64,000 bases of DNA from a virus (lineage: Duplodnaviria > Caudoviricetes). The position numbers and the translations under genes are program-made. The notes beneath the pieces were generated by a model, which was not told the DNA's origin, did not search any database, and saw only the letters and a list, made by a program, of their open reading frames with translations. Below, piece after piece: positions 26,145-36,400 of this stretch (position 1 is its first letter; each line of letters begins with the position of its first letter). The DNA lies in IMG/VR virus record IMGVR_UViG_3300043803_000118, positions 6,480 to 70,479 of that record. One strand, given 5' to 3'.

Positions 26145-29100
26145 ATGGCAGTAGATATTCAAAAACCAGCAGGCACGCTTAAGAGAAGCAGTCCTGAAGC
26201 AGGTGGTGCTAATCCTAGATTAGTACCTGCATTAGGTATCGTCAAAGATAATGTCGATCCTAAACGCATGGGCCAATTGATGGTCTATCTTACTGACAAC
26301 AGCGGATTAGATCCTGACAACAAAGATAGTTGGCGTCCTGTACAGATGTTGAGTCCTTTCTTTGGATATACCAGGGGCGATGCCGCTGGTGACAGTCTTG
26401 GAACATATAAAACAAATCCAAGCAGTTATGGTATGTGGATGAGTCCACCCGATATCGGCACGACAGTATTATGTATATTCGTTGAAGGTGATTTGAACTA
26501 TGGTTTCTATATAGGTTCTGTGCCACAACCAGAAGCACTACAGATGATACCTGCCATTGGTGCAACTGATAACATCATACCAAACGGCGGTGAAGCAAAC
26601 AGTTATGGCGGCGCATTACGATTGCCAGTAACGAATATCAACTTAAACAACAAAGATGTAGCAGACAGTTCAGAATATTTGACTGCTCCTAAACCTGTAC
26701 ATAGTTATACATCTGCTATTATGTTTCAGCAAGGTATATTGCGTGATCCTATAAGAGGTCCTATAGGTTCTAGTTCGCAAAGAGAAACACCGAGCAGAGT
26801 AGGTTGGGGTATCATCACACCGGGTAGACCTATATATGAGGGTGGATATGATGATAAACAAATCGCATCAAATCTAAAAGCAGACAACTCACAGAAATTA
26901 AGAGTAGTATCACGCAGAGGTGGTCATAGCATTGTCATGGATGATGGTGACGTGATCGGTCGTGATAACCTAGTAAGAATTAGAACTAGTTTAGGTCATC
27001 AGATATTGATGAGCGATGATGGTCAAACATTGATGCTGTTACATAGCAATGGACAAAGTTACATTGAGTTAGGTAAAGAAGGCACCGTAGATGTTTATGC
27101 TACAAACTCTATAAATTTACGAACACAAGGTGATCTTAACTTACACGCTGATAATAATGTGAATATTCATGCTACGAAAAACTTGAATCTTCAAGGTGAA
27201 AATATCCATATTAATACTGAAAAAGAATTAAAAACTAGAGTAGGAACTGACTATAGTTTATCTGCTTTGGGTAAACATTTGACCAAAGTTACAGGAGCCA
27301 TGAGCATGGAAAGTTCCGGCGATATAAGCATGGCAAGTACTTCTATTGCATATGTTAATGGCAGCAAAGTAAATTTAAATTCAGGACAGACTGGTACTAG
27401 ACCAACTGATGTGCCTGCAATCGATAAAGTATTACATACAGATACATTATTTGATAGCGTGAAGGGTTTCTTGGCAGCACCTGCAAAATTAGTCAGCATT
27501 ACAAGCCGCGCTCCTGCACATGCGCCGTGGTCTAATGCTGGTCAAGGTGTAGATGTTAAAGTAGATTTGAATGCAAGCACACAATTGCCAGAAGCGCCGC
27601 CTACAGCCGTGAGCAATACAAATGAAGCCGCGGCATCTGTACTAGATAATCCTGTTAGAACTTCTACGGCTGCGGCAGCACCTGAAGTTCCTGCGGCAAG
27701 TAAAGCCTTGAATACAGATGTAACTACTGCCATGACTGGTGCAGTGGCACAAGCAGCACCTACTGGCCCATTGGCTAATGCCGTGACGCAAGGTGTGACT
27801 GTAGCCAATGTTGGTAATAGCGTACAAGTGGGTGTAGGTAAATTCGCACTAACTCCTGGACAACTAGAACAAGCAGGTACTATCAAACCGGGCAGTTCAG
27901 CACTAATTAATTCATTAGCAGCCACCACCGGTAATGCAGTAACTAGTATGACAAATAATTTGTTTACTGGACAGCCTGGCGCACAAACATTGAATCAACT
28001 TGTGAGCAACGTGGGCGCGCAAGCAACCGCATTGTCAACTACATTCCAAAAAGCACAGACTACATTACAAAACTCCGGTGTGTTATCAGGAGCAGAGACC
28101 GCATCTCAGATAGGCGGTGCAGTATTGGCAGGTGCTACAAAAGGAATCACAGACACTATAGGAGCCATACAGCAAATAGGTTCCGGTGCAGCATTAGATG
28201 GTCTAACTAATCAAGCCAATGCTATATTAGGTGATATATCATCTGGAAATTTTGCGGCAGCAGTTGGTGAAGGAATAAACGGAGCGATATCAGGATTGCA
28301 AGATTCTGTATCAGCACTAACACAACAATCACCTTCACTATCTGGTGTCATAGAATCGACTAAGGGACTGGCAGCATCAGCGTTCCAATCAATAGCGGCA
28401 TCCATGAAACCAATGGAGCCAAACGTACCACAGAATCTAACCGAGTTGGCTAAGCAGGCTGCTGAAGAAACTATGGCCATAGCGACAGACACATTGGAAG
28501 ACCTCGAGGCTGCGGCGTCTGGCTTAGCCGATGATTTATTAGCCGCAGTACCGACCGGTGGTATATCCGGAGCATTATCAAACGCATTACCCAATGGATC
28601 TTCTTTAGCAGACAGTCTAGAAAAAGCAAGCCAAGGCTTGGCGGGTGCGTTAGGTAATACTGCGGTGTCATCTGCTATGAGTAAATTGACAGGAGTCGCT
28701 AAGGCGGCAGATTCAACAGTTGCGGCCTTTGCAACGCCTAATCAATCTAACCCACTCAACAAGAATGCATTGATAGGTGCAGCCAATACTATAGCAAGCG
28801 GTATCACATCGTCTGTGACATCAACAGTGGCGAGCGGCTTAAGCAAATTACCGGGAGGAGCCGGAGTAGCCGCAGCAGTAACAAATCTAGGATCTGGTTC
28901 TTTACCTGCATTGCCCGGAACTGATACATTGAAAGACGCTATCACAGGATCGTTCGCTACAGCACTAACCGGCGTCAATCAGTTGACAGCAAATGCACAG
29001 GCATTGCTTGATGGAGCACAGACACAAATCGGCGGTGTGAAAGAACTATTATCATCGGTGCTACCACCGGGCGCTGCCAGCCAGTTACAATCTGCGTTGT

Positions 29101-29540
29101 CCTCATTGACATCATCTGGATCGGGAATCAAGATTCCAAGTATTGCCTTGAATACAACTGACAGAGCAAGCCTAACTGATGCTATATCCAGCACATTAGG
29201 AGATCCTGGTATACCGGCGCCGAACTTTGGTGAAGTAGATGAAGCCGTTAAGGGTATAGCGGCAGACTTTGATACTCAAAAGACTGAATACATTTTGGCA
29301 CAAGGTGAATTAGTGCTTCAACGTCTTGAAGATGAAAACAACATAGCAATCGCACTTGACGAATGGTTGACCGCACAAAATACATTACCACCGGGTGACC
29401 CCTCAATCGATGAGGCCAAAGATGCATATGATGATGCTATAGCAACATGGGAATCTACTGTGCAAGAATTAGAAGATTTGGACAAAGATTATCCACTAAT
29501 CGCCGCTGCCATATATGGTACGCCAACCCAGTCTGCGTAA
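26145..29540 (+). CDS. gp5: Baseplate central spike, gp5/VgrG-like, with long Ala-rich C-terminal extension
   Basis: OB-fold VKDNVDP.RMG.L.V and YGMWMSPPDIG..VL..F; RRGGH..VMDDG, GHQILMSD beta-helix repeats; P.H.PW end of core. Confidence 0.8.
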   Translation: MAVDIQKPAGTLKRSSPEAGGANPRLVPALGIVKDNVDPKRMGQLMVYLTDNSGLDPDNKDSWRPVQMLSPFFGYTRGDAAGDSLGTYKTNPSSYGMWMSPPDIGTTVLCIFVEGDLNYGFYIGSVPQPEALQMIPAIGATDNIIPNGGEANSYGGALRLPVTNINLNNKDVADSSEYLTAPKPVHSYTSAIMFQQGILRDPIRGPIGSSSQRETPSRVGWGIITPGRPIYEGGYDDKQIASNLKADNSQKLRVVSRRGGHSIVMDDGDVIGRDNLVRIRTSLGHQILMSDDGQTLMLLHSNGQSYIELGKEGTVDVYATNSINLRTQGDLNLHADNNVNIHATKNLNLQGENIHINTEKELKTRVGTDYSLSALGKHLTKVTGAMSMESSGDISMASTSIAYVNGSKVNLNSGQTGTRPTDVPAIDKVLHTDTLFDSVKGFLAAPAKLVSITSRAPAHAPWSNAGQGVDVKVDLNASTQLPEAPPTAVSNTNEAAASVLDNPVRTSTAAAAPEVPAASKALNTDVTTAMTGAVAQAAPTGPLANAVTQGVTVANVGNSVQVGVGKFALTPGQLEQAGTIKPGSSALINSLAATTGNAVTSMTNNLFTGQPGAQTLNQLVSNVGAQATALSTTFQKAQTTLQNSGVLSGAETASQIGGAVLAGATKGITDTIGAIQQIGSGAALDGLTNQANAILGDISSGNFAAAVGEGINGAISGLQDSVSALTQQSPSLSGVIESTKGLAASAFQSIAASMKPMEPNVPQNLTELAKQAAEETMAIATDTLEDLEAAASGLADDLLAAVPTGGISGALSNALPNGSSLADSLEKASQGLAGALGNTAVSSAMSKLTGVAKAADSTVAAFATPNQSNPLNKNALIGAANTIASGITSSVTSTVASGLSKLPGGAGVAAAVTNLGSGSLPALPGTDTLKDAITGSFATALTGVNQLTANAQALLDGAQTQIGGVKELLSSVLPPGAASQLQSALSSLTSSGSGIKIPSIALNTTDRASLTDAISSTLGDPGIPAPNFGEVDEAVKGIAADFDTQKTEYILAQGELVLQRLEDENNIAIALDEWLTAQNTLPPGDPSIDEAKDAYDDAIATWESTVQELEDLDKDYPLIAAAIYGTPTQSA

Positions 29541-29545
29541 GGTAA

Positions 29546-29552
29546 ATAAATA
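29546..29552 (+). promoter_or_regulatory. Late promoter core ATAAATA, 5 nt before the gp25 ATG
   Basis: ataaata-aagtt-ATG(29558). Confidence 0.55.
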
Positions 29553-29557
29553 AAGTT

Positions 29558-30010
29558 ATGTCAGAATATATCGGATTCAGCACACTCAATGCTAATAAAC
29601 CAAAATCAACCAACCTTAGCGTAGGTGTAGCGGGTGGCGTGGGAACCATCACTCAGGGGTTAGTTCCCGGTAAGAAATTTAAGTTAACTGATCAGCAGTT
29701 AGTCATACAAGATTTCATTAATGCATTAAACATCCGACGCGGAGAGAAAGTAGGAAAACCTAGTTACGGTACTACTTTATGGAATTTCGTGTTCGAACCT
29801 AACACCAGCGATGTACAAATAGCATTAGAACAAGAAATCAGACGAGTTGCTAGCAGTGATCCTAGAATATTAATCGATTATGTCAGAGCATTTCCTAAAG
29901 AAAATGGCATATTGATGGAAGTGCAATTAGGAATTCAGCCGTATAATCAAGCATTATTACTCAGCGTGTTTTTCAATAGCAACACGAATAAAGCATCTAT
30001 CCAATCTTAA
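29558..30010 (+). CDS. gp25: Baseplate wedge subunit, gp25-like
   Basis: LNIRRGEKVGKPSYGTTLWNFVFEP...DPRI. Confidence 0.9.
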   Translation: MSEYIGFSTLNANKPKSTNLSVGVAGGVGTITQGLVPGKKFKLTDQQLVIQDFINALNIRRGEKVGKPSYGTTLWNFVFEPNTSDVQIALEQEIRRVASSDPRILIDYVRAFPKENGILMEVQLGIQPYNQALLLSVFFNSNTNKASIQS

Positions 30011-30031
30011 AAACACGGTTTTTCAGGTTTG

Positions 30032-30038
30032 ATAAATA
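30032..30038 (+). promoter_or_regulatory. Late promoter core ATAAATA
   Basis: Intergenic, upstream of the gp6-like gene. Confidence 0.55.
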
Positions 30039-30057
30039 CTCAAATCAGAGATAAACT

Positions 30058-33000
30058 ATGGCTAAGAGTTCAAGACAAGCAGCGTTATTCGGAATTAACG
30101 ATTGGAAGGCGATTTATCAGACCTTCCGAGAAGCAGACTTCCGCAGTTACGATTATGAAACACTACGTAAGAGTTTCATAGATTACCTTCGCGTTTACTA
30201 CCCGGAAACGTTTAACGATTATATTGAATCAAGCGAGTTTATCGCATTGCTTGATGTCATGGCATTCATGGGGCAGGGTCTAGCATTCAGAAATGACTTG
30301 AATGCTCGCGAAAACTTCATCGATACAGCAGAACGCCGCGATAGCGTCATCAAATTAGCCAATCTTGTTAGTTATACCCCTAAACGCAATCTATGCTCAG
30401 AGGGTGTACTAAAAGTAACAAGCATACAGACCACCCAGAATATCACAGACTTGAATGGCGTGAATCTAGGGAATCTTCCTATATTATGGAATGATCCTGC
30501 GAATCCAAGTTGGTTCGAACAATTCAACACTATCATCAATTCAGCATTGGTCAGTACACAAAGAGTAGGTAAGCCCGGAAATATATCTGACCTATTAGGT
30601 ATCACAACTGCTGAATATAGCCTACAAATACCTGATGGCACACTGCCTATAGTACCATTCACTAGCACAGTCGATGGTAAGACTATGGATTTTGAATTAG
30701 TTAGTGTGACTAGCATAGACGAGAGTTATCTTTACGAGATTCCCCCGGCCCCTACAGGTCGTTTCAATATGCTCTATCAAAATGATAGATTAGGATTCGC
30801 TAGCGCAAATACTGGTTACTTCTTTTATTTCAAGCAAGGTATTTTAAACAACTATGATTTCGTTCTTGAGCAACAGATCTCCAATCAGACAGTAGATGTC
30901 AACATACAAGGTATTAATAATACAGATACTTGGTTATATCAATTAAACACTAATAATAACACAAGAACATTATGGAATAAAGTCGATAACGTTTATGCTG
31001 ACGCATACTTGCAGACAGAGACTAGCAAGAAGAGTATTTTTAGTGTAAGTTCAAGATTTAACGATCAAGTCACATATAATTTCGGTGATGGTGTGTTCAG
31101 CAACATTCCAGTAGGAACATTTCGTGCATACGTTCGCGCAAGTAATGGATTGACATACACTGTAGATCCTAGTGAGATGCAGGGTATTAGTGTAGCATTC
31201 ACATACATCAGCCGCGAAGGTCGTGCTGAGACATTGACAGTAGGATTAGAATTAACACAACCCGTGAGTAATGCACAGGCACGTGAGAGTTTGCCGAGCA
31301 TCAAGCAACGCGCACCAACACGTTATTATACACAGAATCGTATGGTTAATGGCGAAGACTATAATAACTTCCCATATACATTATACAGTTCTATCATCAA
31401 ATCAAAAGCGGTCAATCGCAGTAGTATCGGTGTGTCAAAGAATTTAGATTTGCTTGATCCAACAGGCAAATATTCAAGCATCAATAGCATAGGCAGTGAT
31501 GGTGGATTATGGAGTGATAGTGATAATGGATTCTTAGAATTAAATGTCAATAATACAAGCACTATCATATCATTCTTAGCCGATACATTGACCGGTACGT
31601 TAGCACAGAATAGAGCGACACAATTTTATCTAAATGCTACCGACGATCCTACAAACACACATTATCAAAGATTTAGTATCGACCAAGCGTCAGGTGATGG
31701 CACAGTATATTGGAATACTAGTAACGTTAACGGTAGTAGTGAGAACGGATATTTTTATATACTAGATAATACTGTGGAAACACCTATCATGATAGGTACT
31801 TTTTCAACTAACAATGTCAAGTATGTTACTAAAGGTGCGTTGGTTAAATTCATAGCACCGTCCGGTTATTATTTTGATAAAAATAATCGTCTAGCACCAG
31901 GACTACCGGGCCCAAGTGATAGCAGTTTCATATGGACAACTGTGTTAAATGTGGCAGGTGACGGCAGCAATACTGGTCAAGGAAATTTCAGCAACGGTAT
32001 AGGTCCAGTGACATTAAATGGTTATGTTCCTGGTGGTGCTATACTCACTACTGTTATCCCTGCGTTTGATAACGCTTTCCCTGTACAGGTTATACAGCAA
32101 GCGATACAGCAAGTAGAATTACAAAGAAATTTTACTTTAGTATTTTACAACAATCGCACGATTAATCAACCGCGTTGGGAAATAAGCAGTGCAAACGATC
32201 CAAATTGGTTCGTTAAGTTTCAAAACATCGGTGAAAATAGATGGACTGTATTATTCAAATCATTGCGTTATTATTTCGGTAGTGTCGATGAAACACGTTT
32301 CACTTATGCATTGAACGAACTTGTATATGATCCTTTCTCAGGAAAGATACTACAAGACTTTATCAATGTTTTGGGTATCAATACTCAACCTAATACTGTT
32401 AATGCGATAGGCAAAGATACAAAGGTTAACATCATAGGTCAAACTGTTGAAAGCGACGGTTATGTAAATGATTTTGAAGTAGAGATTGCAAGCACAGATG
32501 TTAATAATAGAGTGCTAGTGTTGAATCCAGACTTCTTTGAAGAATTAACCGGCATTGTGCCCGGAAGCACTAACATCGGTAAGTATGCATTTTTTGAAAT
32601 AGTACAGGATGCAGTCAATCTAACAAGATTACAACTCTTACCAAGCACCGATGTTAATTATCAATACTCAGTAAAAAATCAAATTGAAATTGTAAAATAT
32701 GATTATCCTGTAGGACAATTGTTCTATGCTTACACTGATAATAAATTTTATAAGACAGTACAGGACATCACAGTAACACAGACTAGTTACGTGCTTACGG
32801 AACAAACAAATTATCTTGTAAAACCGGGCCGTCAGGGTTTAAGTTATCAATATCGCCATAATAGCAACAACACTACTCGCATAGACCCTGCAACTACTAA
32901 TATAATCGATTTGTATGTTGTGACACAGGCTTATTATACACAATATCAGAATTATATTCAAGATACTACAGACACAGTACCAGAACCAAGTAGACCAACT

Positions 33001-33453
33001 ATCGCAGAATTAAGTGCGGCGTATGGTCAGGTTCAAGATTACAAAATGTTGAGTGATTCTGTGGTATTAAATAGTGTAGTGTTCAAGCCATTGTTTGGAC
33101 CCAAAGCAGTGCCGGCGCTAAGAGGAACTATTAAAGTGATTAAGACTAGTGATACTACAGCGAGTGAAAGTGAAATACGTAGTGCGGTGTTATCAGCGAT
33201 GAACACTTATTTCGATATTAATAATTGGAATTTCGGAGACACATTCTATTTCAGTGAACTCAGCGCATATCTACACAATGAATTAGGTGATTTGATCAGT
33301 TCAGCAGTATTGGTACCAAATGATCCCACTGAGCCATTCGGTACATTATATGAGATCAAATGTAAGCCGTATGAAATATTCGTCAATGGTGCAGTAGCAG
33401 ATAGCATTTTAGTAATATCAGCATTAACACCAGATCAATTACAAGTAGCATAA
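30058..33453 (+). CDS. gp6: Baseplate wedge protein, gp6-like
   Basis: DF.SYDYETLR, ENFIDTAERRDSV..LA..VSY.PKR, FGDGVF..IP, ES..SIK..AP..YYTQNRMV.GEDY. Confidence 0.9.
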   Translation: MAKSSRQAALFGINDWKAIYQTFREADFRSYDYETLRKSFIDYLRVYYPETFNDYIESSEFIALLDVMAFMGQGLAFRNDLNARENFIDTAERRDSVIKLANLVSYTPKRNLCSEGVLKVTSIQTTQNITDLNGVNLGNLPILWNDPANPSWFEQFNTIINSALVSTQRVGKPGNISDLLGITTAEYSLQIPDGTLPIVPFTSTVDGKTMDFELVSVTSIDESYLYEIPPAPTGRFNMLYQNDRLGFASANTGYFFYFKQGILNNYDFVLEQQISNQTVDVNIQGINNTDTWLYQLNTNNNTRTLWNKVDNVYADAYLQTETSKKSIFSVSSRFNDQVTYNFGDGVFSNIPVGTFRAYVRASNGLTYTVDPSEMQGISVAFTYISREGRAETLTVGLELTQPVSNAQARESLPSIKQRAPTRYYTQNRMVNGEDYNNFPYTLYSSIIKSKAVNRSSIGVSKNLDLLDPTGKYSSINSIGSDGGLWSDSDNGFLELNVNNTSTIISFLADTLTGTLAQNRATQFYLNATDDPTNTHYQRFSIDQASGDGTVYWNTSNVNGSSENGYFYILDNTVETPIMIGTFSTNNVKYVTKGALVKFIAPSGYYFDKNNRLAPGLPGPSDSSFIWTTVLNVAGDGSNTGQGNFSNGIGPVTLNGYVPGGAILTTVIPAFDNAFPVQVIQQAIQQVELQRNFTLVFYNNRTINQPRWEISSANDPNWFVKFQNIGENRWTVLFKSLRYYFGSVDETRFTYALNELVYDPFSGKILQDFINVLGINTQPNTVNAIGKDTKVNIIGQTVESDGYVNDFEVEIASTDVNNRVLVLNPDFFEELTGIVPGSTNIGKYAFFEIVQDAVNLTRLQLLPSTDVNYQYSVKNQIEIVKYDYPVGQLFYAYTDNKFYKTVQDITVTQTSYVLTEQTNYLVKPGRQGLSYQYRHNSNNTTRIDPATTNIIDLYVVTQAYYTQYQNYIQDTTDTVPEPSRPTIAELSAAYGQVQDYKMLSDSVVLNSVVFKPLFGPKAVPALRGTIKVIKTSDTTASESEIRSAVLSAMNTYFDINNWNFGDTFYFSELSAYLHNELGDLISSAVLVPNDPTEPFGTLYEIKCKPYEIFVNGAVADSILVISALTPDQLQVA

Positions 33454-33454
33454 G

Positions 33455-36400
33455 ATGACCAGAATACGTACACTAGAATTTTTACCGGGCATATTCCAAA
33501 CTGAAACTAATAGTCAGTTCTTAGCAGCCACGCTCGACCAATTAGTCAATCCTCCTGTAACACAAACTATACAAGGATTCGTGGGTAGTAAATTTGGTTA
33601 TGGTGTTGACGCTAAAGATTACTATGTAACAGAACCAAATAAAGTTCGTAGAGATTATCAATTAGAACCGGGTGTAGTATTCTTAAAGGACAATGAAACT
33701 ACTGCCTACGATTTTATTAGTTATCCTGGCATAATTGACTCATTGAAGTTGCAAGGTGCTATCACTAGTAGAAACGATGAGTTATTTGAAAGTCAGTTCT
33801 ATAGTTGGGACAGTTTTACTAACTTAGATAAGATCATCAACTATAATCAGTATTACTGGTTACCTGACGGTCCTCCCGCCGTAATAGTTGCGGCTTCAAC
33901 TGTCTTTACAGAAAACGATTACATAGTCAATTCACTGCCAGAAGCATACAATATCAGAGCAGTAGGCGCAGGTGTTGGTACTAATAATCCAACAATCACC
34001 TTATTAAGAGGTGGTACATATAATTTTATAGTAGATCAAAACACAAGATTTTGGATACAGGGCGAGCCGGGAGTAACAGGCTATAGTCCTACGCAGCCTA
34101 ATTTAAATACTAGAGACGTATACGGCGTTAACAACAACGGTGAAGACCGCGGCGTAGTATCATTTCAAGTACCTCAAAAAGATGCACAGAATGAATTCAA
34201 TTACCCCGGTAATAATACAGTAGGTGTTGTTAGCACAAGACCTTTTAGCCAGATCAATGGTGCAAGATTAGCAGACATTGGCGGTATTGATGGGGTCACG
34301 GCACTAAATGGTAGAACAGTTATGTTCTACAATACCGGCGTAACTAACGAGATAGGCTATGTTAGTTCATTCTTTGATCAATCAGCATATGATAGAAATA
34401 CAGGATCTATTTCCTCACCGCTGACTATCAATGCTAGTTCGATAAATGGATTAGGTGCGATCACAGTAAGCAACGTTTCACAATTACAGATAGGACAGAC
34501 TGTAACATTTGTAGGAACTGGTTTTGGTGGTATACAGGCATATAATGCTGACGTAGAAAATGCTATATCTACCAATAGTTTGATTGTAGGAAAGAAATAT
34601 TTCATCGATCAAGTGGGAACGAGTAACTGGATCAATCTTGGCGTAGCATCAAGCGCAATAGTAGACGCACAGATTGTAGGTACACAGTTAAGAGTTTATA
34701 AAACTGTTTCTGGTTCATTCAGTATAGGTGATACATTAAATGGTTCAGGCGTAACTACAGGCACCAAGATTCTTGATTTTGATGAGATTGCTACCAACAA
34801 TAATTATTTGAATGCGTCAAGTGTCACAGTAGGTGATTCATATCTTGTAAGATCATTTGTAGACGGTGCAGGAAATACAACCGACTTCACAGCGATGGGC
34901 GCTCCTGCTTCTGGCGTTATCAACGGTAGCATAGTAGGTACTGTGTTGACTGTGAACAGTATATCATCAGGTGCAGTCAATGTAGGATCTTATATAACAG
35001 GTCCCGGCATAGTAAAAGGTACTTACATCGTAAGTCAAGGTACTACGGCTAACACATATGTTATAAACAAGACACAGGTCGTCACTGGTCCTATGACATT
35101 ACAGCCAAGCGTGAACACATTGTTTACGGCTACTGCTGTGGGTTCAGGTTCAGGAACAGTGAGCATACCTACATATACAGTAAGCATCAACCAAACTGTT
35201 GCTAGAAGTAATATCAATGTCTATCCTATACAAGAAGGTACTATATTCACAGCAGCCGCAAACGATGCAGGCAACGGCTTTGTAATCCCATTTAATCCAG
35301 ACATTTATTATGTGACTGGTATTAATACTGGAACAAATCAAATCACTATAAGCCAATCATTAAATGGTCCTACGTTCTTACCTACTAGCCCCGCTAGCGG
35401 TTCTATGACTGTTAGAATCAATCAAGGATTGTATGAGCAAGGATTTTATACTCAAGTAAACGACACATTCTATACTGTAGTATTCTTGGGTGATGCAGAT
35501 GATCCTGTTCTTAGCCTAAGACCTGCAGGTTCTATACCTATCGAACAAAAGATCACACCGCAATACGGTACACAATATGTTGGACTGCATTTCGTTAAAA
35601 ATTCTACTGGTGTGATACAAGAATTACCGTACATCTCTGCCCCATTAGACACATTATATTATCAAGACGGTACTAATCCTAACAGAGTAGGCGTCATCAA
35701 ATTGATTGAAAACAATGAGACTAACTTGATCGATGTTGACGCTGATATATTAGGTAAAACGAATTATACATCAAAGAATGGTGTAGTATTCACTAATGGT
35801 TTGAAAGTCTCATTTGATGGAGATGTCATACCACGAAGTTATCTAAGTGGTGAATACTATGTAGAAGGTGTGGGCACTGCTATAGAATTAATATCTGTGA
35901 CTTCATTGGAAGTTCCGGAGCCCTTCACTACATCAACATACAGCCCATATGATATATTACCATATGACATAGGACCGTTTGATGAAGGTTTAAATATACC
36001 TAACAATTCAGACTATATCACAATAGCAAGAAATAGCATTAACAAAAATGCATGGGCGCGTAGCAATCGTTGGTTCCATATACAAGTCATACAAGCGACT
36101 GCGGATTATAACGATAACTCAGCCATACTTGATGAATATGCCAAATCAACAAATAAAGCAAAAAGACCTATACTTGAATTTTATCCTAACTTAAAATTAT
36201 TCAACTCAGGTACTATAGGTAAAACTGCTGTAGATTTTGTTGATACTAGAACAACCAATGCATTTGAGTATGTAGAGAATCAACAGAATTATTATCCTGA
36301 TGTACAAACATATACCGCATATCAAGGAACTGTAAATTCTAACAACACACCTATCACTGTAGCCAATTTATTGATAGATCAATATTATGCTATAGAGACT

